This document shows positions 55,875-64,000 of a DNA stretch of 64,000 bases, in pieces (within the stretch, counting starts at the first letter, position 1; each line of letters begins with the position of its first letter). The position numbers and the translations under genes are program-made. The notes under the pieces were generated by a model. The model saw only the letters and a list, made by a program, of their open reading frames with translations, did not search any database and was not told where the DNA came from. Source of the DNA: an uncultured Candidatus Saccharimonadales bacterium (lineage in GTDB: Bacteria > Patescibacteriota > Saccharimonadia > UBA4664). Location of the stretch: the NCBI GenBank assembly GCA_964467655.1, contig CAYXSN010000008.1, forward strand, positions 78 through 64,077. Direction: 5' to 3'.

Positions 55875-58586
55875 CTAGCACTTACTAAAACCGCAGATCT
55901 CGCATTTTTGGCAGCCTTCAATGAATCGCAAAGAGGCGTTACCGCAATCTGGGCACATGTCAGCCAGGTGCGCCGATTCGCTCCGGTCGTGAACAGCTCC
56001 AGGTGCGGGGCTGCCGGCGGTGCCGTTGAGAACGCCCGCCGCCGCTTCAGCTGCTGCCGCCCCGCTGCCGCCGCCCATCAGTGCTCCCGCCGCAGCCATG
56101 CTGGCGAGCTGAGCCGCCTGAGGACCAGATACGGGTTCATTGCTATTCTTGGCTGTTTCGTGCTCGCGCAACACCTTGGCGACGGCGTCGGCCAGACTGC
56201 GCACCCGGGCTTGACCAAATCCCGCCGAGCTTGATCCACCAATGCCGCTGAGCTGATCGATCACATTTTGGGCGATCCGGTCCGAGGCAAATGTGCTCGG
56301 AATGCGGAATGATAGGGAGATAAGTCGTCCCATAGCTTCGGCATCCGCCATGATGTCCGATCCGGCCCGACCCAATCCGATAAATACCTCGAAGATATTG
56401 CCGCTGTCATCTTCGTTAATCGTGATGTACGCGTTACCGATTGGAGTAGCCACTTTGTATGTTTTGCCATTGAGAGTCTCGGGCCGTTGCTTCATAGCTA
56501 CTGGTACACCCATGAGGGCTTTATCACCAGCTTTGACGACTTTACCTGCCAGCTGGTCGTAGTACGAACCCTCTTTCTTGGTCTCCAAGATCTGCTTGTC
56601 CCGTGAGCCATCACGGTAGATGGTGATACCTTTGCAACCAGATTCAAAGACCTGCCAATAGGCGTCGCGCACGTCCTGGACGGTGGCGTCATTGTTGAAG
56701 TTGATCGTTTTGGAAATAGCGTTATCAACATACTTTTGGAAAGCAGCTTGCATGTTGATGTGTTGGCTCGGGGTGATGTCGCCGGCCACCACAAAGGTGC
56801 GGCGCAGGTCTTCGGGCAGATCGGTCATGCTCTGGATAGAGCCTTTATTCTGCTGCACCCGCTCCAGCAACTCTTCACTATAGAGGCCGCGTTTCTTGAG
56901 CTCGGCTTCGAAGTAGCGGCTCGATTGGAACATCCGTTTGCCCTCGATGGTGTTCTTGGCATAGGTGAGGGCAAAGAGCGGCTCGCAACCACTGGAACAG
57001 TCGGCCAGCATGGCGGTGGTGCCAGTGGGCGCAATGGTGGTCCGGGCGCCGTTGCGCGGGCGGATCTCGCCGGGCTTGTCGTAAATGCTACCTTTAAAGG
57101 CCGGGAAGACGCCGCGTACCCGGGCCATGTCAACCGATGCGTTATCTGATTCCTGCTGGATGAACTTCATGACGCGTTCGGCGGCGTCGGTGCCTTCCTT
57201 GGTGTTGTAACCAATGCCGAGATCAAGCAATGCATCAGCAAAACCCATGATACCCAATCCAATGCGGCGGATAGCACGCGTGGTCACCCGGACCTGCTCG
57301 ATCGGGTATTCGTTCATATCGAGAACGTCATCGAGGAATCGGGTGCCAATATGCACCATAGTCTTGAGTCGCGACCAATCAAAATCGGTCTTTTCGGCAT
57401 TGACGAATTTGCTCAAGTTAATCTGGCCCAAGGTACAGGCGTCGTAGGGCAGGAGTGGTTGCTCACCGCATGGGTTGGTGGCCTCAATCATGCCCAATTG
57501 AGGCGTCGGGTTGGCCCGGGAGTTATTAATCCGGTCAACCATGATCATACCCGGGTCACCGTAGCGCCAGGCTAATCGGGTGATAATGTCGTACAGTTTC
57601 TTGGCATTGAGTCGGCCAGCCACAGCTCCAGTGCGCGGATTGATGAGCTCATATCCTTTGTTGGGATCAGATTCATCACACCATTCATGTAATTTTTTGA
57701 CGGCAGCGTCCAGGCGCACAATCTTAAGATCAGGATCACGCAACTTGAGGGCTTCCTGGGCCTCGTTGATGACAGCCTCAAAATCAAATCCAGCCTCATA
57801 ATCTGCGGGCAGCGAGGCCGCATCGCGTTTAACCGCCTCAAAGAAGTCTTCGTCGACTGTCACCGAGATATTGAAGTTAGTGAGGCTAAATTCATCTACT
57901 TTGTAGACAGCAAACATCAAAATATCTGGATGGGTATAGTGCAAAATGCCCATGTTGGCGCCGCGTCGTACCCCGCCCTGCCTGATGCTTGAGGTGATAT
58001 CGTTGTACGTCTGCATGAAAGCCACAGGGCCAGTAGTTTTGCCGCCGGATGAGGCAATGATGTCATCTTTGGGTCGTAGGCGGCTAAACGAAAAGCCAGT
58101 ACCACCGCCACTCTTGTGAATGCGCGCCATATCCATGGCCGATCCCAAGATGCCGTCGAGGTCATCGGGCACCGGCAGGACAAAACACGCCGAGAGTTGT
58201 TGATTAGGCTTGCCCGCGTTCAGCATCGTCGGCGTATTGGCCACAAATTCTTGCCGAGCCATGGTCATATAGAATTCGCGGGCCATTTCCAGATGGGTTT
58301 CGCGTGGGTTCTCACTGTACAAACGCTCAGCCGTCGCAATGTTATAGCTGATACGCCATAGCATTTGCTTGGGTGATTCGATAGGATTACCAGCCTTATC
58401 GCGGAAGGCGTAGCGGGTTTTACCAATGTACCAGGCATTTTCTGAATAACGAGGTTCAGGCAGGTCATCGGGTGCAGCCGGAATCTGCTTACCGATGACG
58501 TACAATTCTTCAAGCCGCTCCCGGTCCTCGGGCGTTTCCGCCACAATATTGTTGGCCAAAATGGCCTCTGGTGTACTAGTAGCCAC
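55875..58586 (-). CDS. nrdJ: adenosylcobalamin-dependent ribonucleoside-diphosphate reductase, class II
   Basis: 903 aa; NAGKPNQQLSACFVLPV, SGGGTGFSFSRLRP, C-terminal CPDCGN...CQKCEICGF zinc ribbon. Confidence 0.9.
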   Translation of the reverse strand: MATSTPEAILANNIVAETPEDRERLEELYVIGKQIPAAPDDLPEPRYSENAWYIGKTRYAFRDKAGNPIESPKQMLWRISYNIATAERLYSENPRETHLEMAREFYMTMARQEFVANTPTMLNAGKPNQQLSACFVLPVPDDLDGILGSAMDMARIHKSGGGTGFSFSRLRPKDDIIASSGGKTTGPVAFMQTYNDITSSIRQGGVRRGANMGILHYTHPDILMFAVYKVDEFSLTNFNISVTVDEDFFEAVKRDAASLPADYEAGFDFEAVINEAQEALKLRDPDLKIVRLDAAVKKLHEWCDESDPNKGYELINPRTGAVAGRLNAKKLYDIITRLAWRYGDPGMIMVDRINNSRANPTPQLGMIEATNPCGEQPLLPYDACTLGQINLSKFVNAEKTDFDWSRLKTMVHIGTRFLDDVLDMNEYPIEQVRVTTRAIRRIGLGIMGFADALLDLGIGYNTKEGTDAAERVMKFIQQESDNASVDMARVRGVFPAFKGSIYDKPGEIRPRNGARTTIAPTGTTAMLADCSSGCEPLFALTYAKNTIEGKRMFQSSRYFEAELKKRGLYSEELLERVQQNKGSIQSMTDLPEDLRRTFVVAGDITPSQHINMQAAFQKYVDNAISKTINFNNDATVQDVRDAYWQVFESGCKGITIYRDGSRDKQILETKKEGSYYDQLAGKVVKAGDKALMGVPVAMKQRPETLNGKTYKVATPIGNAYITINEDDSGNIFEVFIGLGRAGSDIMADAEAMGRLISLSFRIPSTFASDRIAQNVIDQLSGIGGSSSAGFGQARVRSLADAVAKVLREHETAKNSNEPVSGPQAAQLASMAAAGALMGGGSGAAAAEAAAGVLNGTAGSPAPGAVHDRSESAHLADMCPDCGNASLRFIEGCQKCEICGFSKC

Positions 58587-58673
58587 CGCTTCCCCTCCTG
58601 ATTAACACGTGAATTTAACTGTATGATGTTTGGCGCCCACAATTCAAGACCATTTCTGACAATGGGCAAACAA

Positions 58674-58705
58674 GGCTTAGGCGTTCCCCTCTCGACGCCT
58701 AAGCC
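58674..58705. promoter_or_regulatory. inverted repeat GGCTTAGGCGT-N10-ACGCCTAAGCC at the nrdR/nrdJ junction (attenuator or terminator candidate)
   Basis: 11-bp perfect arms overlapping the nrdR stop. Confidence 0.35.
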
Positions 58706-59162
58706 GGCTTGCCGGGCTGATCAAGCAATTCGCCAACCTCTTCGGCAAATGCTTCTACCTGGGTGTAGCCCCGGCAGACGCTGGCAAAGCGAATATAGGC
58801 AATGTGGTCGACACTTTTGAGCTGCTCCATCACGAGCGCTCCTATCAACTCAGCCGGTACTTCCCGTCGCTTGCCACTACGTAGCTCAGCCTCTACGGCC
58901 TCGATCATCGTAAGCACCTGCACTTCGCTTACGGGCCGCTTGGTGACAGCTAGCTGAACGCCGCGTTTAAGTTTCTCCGGATCAAAACTCTCGCGCCGGC
59001 CATCATGCTTGATCACCATGAGATCGGGTAATTCCACACGCTCATAGGTCGTGAAGCGCTGACGGCAGCCCAAACATTCTCGCCGCCGGCGAGTGCTCGT
59101 GATATCGCTTTCGCGCTTGTCGAGCACCTTCGTGTCGCTGTGATCGCAAAAAGGACAAATCA
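58699..59162 (-). CDS. nrdR: transcriptional repressor NrdR (zinc ribbon + ATP cone)
   Basis: (M)ICPFCDHSDTKVLDKRE...RRRRECLGCRQRFTTYE; TTG start with GGGAGA RBS. Confidence 0.85.
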
Positions 59163-59211
59163 AGCCTTGGTGTAGTCTCCCGTGGGTTGTTGATGGTTGC
59201 GATAGCACAAC

Positions 59212-59260
59212 CACTTGTGCTACATTAGCATTATGAACGCTACATATTGTAGTCGTCAAT
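59212..59260. promoter_or_regulatory. two palindromes (AGCACAA-ccac-TTGTGCT at 59212-59229 and CTACATATTGTAG at 59248-59260), candidate tandem NrdR boxes in the nrdR / trxA divergent region
   Basis: centres about 34 bp apart; flanks match the CACAA...TTGTG arms of NrdR boxes. Confidence 0.4.
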
Positions 59261-59318
59261 ACTAAATACGGCGTGCTATGATGGTTCATGCCGCGTCAAA
59301 AAAAAGAGGGGACCACAC

Positions 59319-59639
59319 ATGGTTACAACTGTTTCCAGCGCCAACTTTAAACAAACTGTACTCGAATCCAAGCAACCGGTGCTGGTCGATTTTTGGGCTC
59401 CCTGGTGCGGACCCTGCCTGGCTATGGGCCCCATCATAGATGATGTCGCCAAAGAGCTTGAAGGTAAGGTTACTGTCGCCAAACTCAATGTCGATGACAA
59501 CCCTGACGTCGCCCAAAGCTATGGCGTTATGAGTATCCCGACCATGTTTGTCTTCAAGGACGGCCAGCCAGTTGAGCGACTCGTCGGAGTAACAGCCAAA
59601 GACAAGCTCAAGAGTGTACTTGATCATGCCGTCAGCTAA
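59319..59639 (+). CDS. trxA: thioredoxin
   Basis: WAPWCGPC active site, 106 aa. Confidence 0.9.
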   Translation: MVTTVSSANFKQTVLESKQPVLVDFWAPWCGPCLAMGPIIDDVAKELEGKVTVAKLNVDDNPDVAQSYGVMSIPTMFVFKDGQPVERLVGVTAKDKLKSVLDHAVS

Positions 59640-60618
59640 GCCTGAAATCCGCCAGCTTATTATTATTGGTTCGGGTCCAGCCGGACTGACTGCCGCCGTT
59701 TATGCCTCAAGAGCGAGTCTTGAGCCACTGATGTTTGAAGGCGAAGTAGTCTCAAGCGGCGACCAGCCCGGCGGCCAGCTCATGACCACTACCGAGATCG
59801 AAAATTTTCCCGGTGCCCCCGACCTCACCGGTCCCGAGCTGATCGCCCGTATGAAGGAACAAGCCGTTAAGTTTGGCACCACCATCAAAACCGAGCGCGT
59901 CACCAGAGTTGATTTCTCGAAACGGCCTTTTGGCATTTGGGTGGGAGATACCGAATACCGCTCCCATAGCGTGATTATTGCCACAGGCGCAGTTCCCCTC
60001 ATGCTCGACCTGCCCCGCGAATGGGACCTCATGGGCCGCGGCGTTTCGGCTTGTGCCACCTGCGACGGGTTTTTCTTCAAGGACAAAGACATTGCTGTGG
60101 TCGGCGGAGGAGACTCGGCTATGGAAGAAGCCACCTTCCTCACCAAATTCGCCAAGAGTGTCACCGTCATTCACCGCCGCGATAGCCTGAGAGCCAGCCA
60201 AGTCATGCAGGACCGCGCCAAAGCCAACCCCAAGATTAAATTTCATTGGAACGCTCAAGTTACAAGTTTGCTTGGCCAAGATCATCTCACTGGCGTTGAG
60301 CTGACAGATACCGTGACCGGCGCCAAGTCTGAGCTGGCTATTGAAGGATTATTTATCGCCATCGGCCACAAGCCCAATTCCGAACTATTCAAAGGCCAAC
60401 TAGACATGCACCCCAACGGCTACCTCAAAACCCAGGGTGTCATCACCAATATCCCCGGCGTATACGCCGCCGGCGATGTCCAAGACGCCCGCTACCGCCA
60501 AGCCATTACTTCGGCCGGTTCAGGCTGCATGGCGGCGCTTGAGGCTCAACACTTTTTGGCTGAACACCACATAGGTGCGGCAGTATCGCAACCAGAGCCT
60601 GTCACCGCTATGAGTTAA
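59626..60618 (+). CDS. trxB: thioredoxin-disulfide reductase
   Basis: IIGSGPAGLTAAVYA, CATCDG redox-active disulfide, GGGDSAMEEA. Confidence 0.9.
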   Translation: MPSAKPEIRQLIIIGSGPAGLTAAVYASRASLEPLMFEGEVVSSGDQPGGQLMTTTEIENFPGAPDLTGPELIARMKEQAVKFGTTIKTERVTRVDFSKRPFGIWVGDTEYRSHSVIIATGAVPLMLDLPREWDLMGRGVSACATCDGFFFKDKDIAVVGGGDSAMEEATFLTKFAKSVTVIHRRDSLRASQVMQDRAKANPKIKFHWNAQVTSLLGQDHLTGVELTDTVTGAKSELAIEGLFIAIGHKPNSELFKGQLDMHPNGYLKTQGVITNIPGVYAAGDVQDARYRQAITSAGSGCMAALEAQHFLAEHHIGAAVSQPEPVTAMS

Positions 60619-60839
60619 ATGGCCCGATTTCAGATTCGAGCATCCAATGTTAGTTTTGGCGCCAACTTGAACAACGCCCTGTAGGATGTGAGCAGCTTCA
60701 GCTTGTCGGTGACGCGCAGTAGGCTGCTTGCGCAACGTGCCGTCTAAGATAGCCGACTTGACGGCTTCGGCCGCCATCAATACAGCCTCACGGGTTCCAT
60801 GATTGCCAATATACTCGCTGACCAGCCTTGGATTGCTTG

Positions 60840-61871
60840 TTAAAGCAGAAACAACGGCTCAGGCTCCAGCTCAACGCCAAACTCCTGACGCACCTTGCGC
60901 TGCATCAATTCAACCAGTTTCATCAAGTCATCGTATCCTCTATGATGCGGGTTCGTTATCACGAGAGCATGCTCGGGCCAAATCTTCAAACCAAAATGCT
61001 CAGCCCCCTTGAAGCCGCATTTCTCGAGTAGCCAACCGGCGGCTAGTTTATAATTCTCACCAAAGCCAAAGCTTTTAATATCCTCATATTCAGCCTGCAA
61101 GCGTTTCAAGGCCTCAGCATCCACAATCGGGTTCTTGAAGAATGATCCTGCACTCGGGACCACACTGGGGTCGGGCAGCACTTTGGCTCTCAGTGCCATC
61201 ACAGTCTCACGGAGCTGCTGACCCGTCGGTTCACTGATGCCGTCATCGGCCAGCCGCTTGTTCAACCTCTCATACCGCGCCGGATCAGGCGCCCCTGACC
61301 TCAGCTCAAACCGCACCTGGGCGATAACAAACCTTCCCGCATCTTCCTCCCGGAACCGGCTGGTGCGGTAACCGAAGCGGCAAGCGGCTGCCGGCAATCC
61401 CAGCCATTCATTGGTTTTTAGGTCATAAGCCTCCAGATCCACAAGATGGTCGGCAGTTTCGCCACCGTATGCCCCGGCGTTCTGCACAGGAGCCGCACCG
61501 GCCGTCCCGGGAATCATCGACAACGTCTCAAGGCCAGTTAGTCCCAATGCGACAGTGCGCTGCACTACGTCGTCCCAATGCTCGCCGCCGCCTACCGTTA
61601 CTCGCACCAAACCATTGGCCGCCGACTGCGTCTCAAAACCATGTAGCTCCAGCTTGAGTACTAGCGCATCTACCACGCCGTCACCGACGATCAGATTGGA
61701 GCCCTCACCCAGAATAATCACCCGCAAATCCTGGAGCTTGGCCCAAGCCACCGCTGCTTCGAGCTGGTCACGGGTCTGTACTCGTCCGAAATAAGCTGCC
61801 GCTCCGCCCATTTTCATGGTCGTAAGTGGTGCCAGTGAAACGTTAGTTTGAATAATATCAGGTTGCGTCAT
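60840..61871 (-). CDS. murB: UDP-N-acetylenolpyruvoylglucosamine reductase
   Basis: FAD-binding domain, MurB C-terminal domain, 343 aa. Confidence 0.85.
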   Translation of the reverse strand: MTQPDIIQTNVSLAPLTTMKMGGAAAYFGRVQTRDQLEAAVAWAKLQDLRVIILGEGSNLIVGDGVVDALVLKLELHGFETQSAANGLVRVTVGGGEHWDDVVQRTVALGLTGLETLSMIPGTAGAAPVQNAGAYGGETADHLVDLEAYDLKTNEWLGLPAAACRFGYRTSRFREEDAGRFVIAQVRFELRSGAPDPARYERLNKRLADDGISEPTGQQLRETVMALRAKVLPDPSVVPSAGSFFKNPIVDAEALKRLQAEYEDIKSFGFGENYKLAAGWLLEKCGFKGAEHFGLKIWPEHALVITNPHHRGYDDLMKLVELMQRKVRQEFGVELEPEPLFLL

Positions 61872-61890
61872 CTACCTACCTCCGCTGAAA

Positions 61891-62727
61891 TTATCTGGCC
61901 GGGATGGTACCGGTGGCCAAGAGTACTAATACTATACAACCCAAAGCGATCCGGTAGCCGATAAATACTGAATAATTGTGTCGGGCCACATAACGCAGCA
62001 ACCAGGCCACGGCCGCATACGCCGTCACAAAGCTCACGATTGTCGCCACGATCGTCGGTCCCCAGCCGACCCCGCCGGCAATAGCGTCGTACTCGGTAAT
62101 AGTTTGTAGCAAACCAGCCGCCAACAGCGCCGGGATCGACAAGAAAAACGACAGTTTGGTGACAGTCACCCGGTCAAAGCCCCGCCATAAGCCGGCGGTC
62201 ATGGTGGCCCCAGAGCGCGATACTCCCGGCACCAGCGCCAAGCACTGCGCCAGGCCAATGATGAGAGTGTCGCGCCAACCCACCTGACCTTCGGTCCGGC
62301 TGTGGCGGGTCCAGCGATCGGCGGCCCACATCACAATGCTCCAACCAATCAGCGCCCAGCCCACAAACCATAAACTACGCAGGGTGGTCTCAATTTGGTC
62401 CTTAAACAACAATCCAACTACTGCAATCGGCATCGAGCCCAAAATAATGGCCCAACCGTAGCGGTAACCTGGCTCCCGCCGCGCCGCCGCTGATGTGAGT
62501 CCTTTCAGCCACGCTGTCAGTAGCTGCCACAAGTCTCGCCGGAAATACCACACCGTCGCCAGTACCGCTCCCGACTGAATAATGGCGGTAAATGCTGTGA
62601 TATCGGGGCTGTCCAACGGATAGCCCATGAGCCGCTCGGCAATCGTCAAATGACCGGTGCTCGAAACTGGCAAAAACTCGGTAATGCCCTCGATCAGACC
62701 AAAGATAATGGCAGCCAGCCAGCTCAC
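61891..62727 (-). CDS. uppP: undecaprenyl-diphosphate phosphatase
   Basis: LIEGITEFLPVSSTGHL motif, 8 TM. Confidence 0.9.
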   Translation of the reverse strand: MSWLAAIIFGLIEGITEFLPVSSTGHLTIAERLMGYPLDSPDITAFTAIIQSGAVLATVWYFRRDLWQLLTAWLKGLTSAAARREPGYRYGWAIILGSMPIAVVGLLFKDQIETTLRSLWFVGWALIGWSIVMWAADRWTRHSRTEGQVGWRDTLIIGLAQCLALVPGVSRSGATMTAGLWRGFDRVTVTKLSFFLSIPALLAAGLLQTITEYDAIAGGVGWGPTIVATIVSFVTAYAAVAWLLRYVARHNYSVFIGYRIALGCIVLVLLATGTIPAR

Positions 62728-63158
62728 TAGAGCGTCTGCCGGGCGGCCGTTAAGCCATTCACCATGGCTACCACCTGGGCAGCCTCTGCCTCGGATACAT
62801 CGACAGTCTGGCTCCCATCGGCACTGCCCCCGTTGGCACCAAAGATCATATCGTTGGTGTACTTCGTGAAGCGGTGATCACCAAATAATTGGTAGCCCAC
62901 CTCGCGCACTCCTCGGTTGACCCGCTCAAAATGCTGCACTTTGATGCGTGGCACGCTGGTTTCGGCCACATTGCACAGTGTCAGGTAGACCAGCTCGTTG
63001 GCGTTCGTCAAAAACTTCTTGGTAACAATCGGCACAGCGGCGTCCCCAAGCTTGTCCGACAAAAACCAGGTGACGCTATTTTCCAAGGCAATTTTGGTGG
63101 CTTCAGAGGCCGGCTGGGCCGCACCTGCGGGGGATGGTTCACTCATAACCACTATCAT
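62727..63158 (-). CDS. hypothetical protein
   Basis: 143-aa ORF coupled to uppP. Confidence 0.4.
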   Translation of the reverse strand: MIVVMSEPSPAGAAQPASEATKIALENSVTWFLSDKLGDAAVPIVTKKFLTNANELVYLTLCNVAETSVPRIKVQHFERVNRGVREVGYQLFGDHRFTKYTNDMIFGANGGSADGSQTVDVSEAEAAQVVAMVNGLTAARQTL

Positions 63159-63235
63159 ACGGTATTGCTACATCACTGGCTACGGTCGCGCCGTGCTAGA
63201 ATAAAGCTAAGATTATATAAAGGTACTTCTCAAAC

Positions 63236-64000
63236 ATGGAGCCTCAAACTACCTCAGCACCGGTTGCCGCACCCGTAGCCGCCGCGCCAGTTGCCTCTGC
63301 CCGCTACATCTCTAATCCGTTTGGCCTACTCAGCCCGTCATGGCAGGCCTTCAAACTAGTTTGGCTCCAGCTGCTCATCCTCGGCTTAATCGGCGTTGTC
63401 ATTGGCACTTTGGCTAACCTTCTACCTGGTGTCCGTCAAGCCAGCAGCGAAGGGGCCTCACCGAGCACAATCATGCTGTATTTGCCGCTCGTCATCATTT
63501 TAAGCCTGGCTATTAACTCGTACACCGGCTGGATGAGTGCCAAGATCATGCTGGCCGGCATCAATGGCCGCACCATTAGTTTGGGTCAGTCAATGCCGCC
63601 GTCGGTGATAAGCGCCGTTAAATTTATCCTAACCAGCTTCCTGTACGTGCTCATTGTCGCCGGCGGCTTCCTGCTCTTCATTGTCCCCGGCATCATCTGG
63701 GCCGTGCGTTACCAATATGCATTGCCGGTGTGCGTCGAGGAAGGCGTCTTCGGTATGGCGGCCATTCGCCGCAGTGGCCAGCTGACCAAAGGTCACTTTT
63801 GGGAAATTATCTCAGTTCCCGGTGTATTCGTGGCGGCGTTACCACTACTACTTATCCCGATCCTTGGTTGGATCGCCATCATAGTCTTTGCCTTCGTGGT
63901 GGGTATAGCAGGATACGTCCGCTATCATCAATTGAAACAACTGGCCGCCGGTCAGTTGCAGGCTGTGCCTACCCACATTTTGAACTACATAATGGGCCTT
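63236..64000 (+). CDS. membrane protein, 3'-partial (runs off the window end)
   Basis: open frame from ATG 63236 to the window end, several TM segments; not in the ORF table because no stop is reached. Confidence 0.4.
   Translation, partial: MEPQTTSAPVAAPVAAAPVASARYISNPFGLLSPSWQAFKLVWLQLLILGLIGVVIGTLANLLPGVRQASSEGASPSTIMLYLPLVIILSLAINSYTGWMSAKIMLAGINGRTISLGQSMPPSVISAVKFILTSFLYVLIVAGGFLLFIVPGIIWAVRYQYALPVCVEEGVFGMAAIRRSGQLTKGHFWEIISVPGVFVAALPLLLIPILGWIAIIVFAFVVGIAGYVRYHQLKQLAAGQLQAVPTHILNYIMGL

Noticed and set aside
56736-57149. several 60-140-aa plus-strand ORFs across 56293-58361
   Set aside because: All antisense to nrdJ.

Overview
This 64 kb window is a moderately GC-rich chromosome segment (about 55-60% GC). 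The gene content looks like a reduced-genome, monoderm-type bacterium, possibly Saccharibacteria/CPR-like, though that lineage call is inference only. The core genes are yebC, ruvC, ruvA and ruvB, kept in their conserved order but pushed apart by inserted blocks. Those blocks include a glycogen/alpha-glucan cluster (glgP, glgA, a GT4 glycosyltransferase, an APH/maltokinase-like kinase). A complete type IV pilus locus follows (pilB, pilC, pilA, three pilin-like genes, pilM, pilN, pilO) with no secretin in the window. Further core genes are a lamin-tail-domain surface protein, tsaE/tsaB, rny-ymdB-hup, a class II B12-dependent ribonucleotide reductase (nrdJ) with nrdR, trxA/trxB, murB and uppP. 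A tRNA cluster (Arg, Gly, Pro, His) sits at about 36.3-37.9 kb.

Right after tRNA-His comes an accessory island of about 15.5 kb (roughly 37.9-53.5 kb). It starts with a truncated ORF and an IS3-family element that has an orfA/orfB -1 frameshift arrangement. Next come five copies of a conserved 35-45 nt sequence related to the tRNA-His 3' end, each copy in front of a small single-gene cassette of varying base composition. After that there is an SDR, a histidine phosphatase, an AbrB-like protein, an MFS efflux pump and an APH-like kinase. Then comes a HIT-like protein, a very high-GC3 nucleoside-deoxyribosyltransferase-like gene, and an NrtR-like Nudix regulator divergent from a PncA-like nicotinamidase with palindromic operators in the shared promoter region. 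The island ends with a vWA / PP2C-phosphatase / Ser-Thr-kinase triad (TerY-P-like).

Two separate B12-related modules are present. One is a DUF4430 protein followed by an alpha/alpha-toroid repeat surface protein, preceded by a leader with B12-box-like motifs. The other is DUF4430 plus a small membrane protein plus cobO, directly next to nrdJ. Several small genes carry codon usage typical of Actinobacteria (GC3 of 85-95%) with their own RBS and terminators, which suggests recent foreign, possibly host-derived, acquisition. No CRISPR array was seen.
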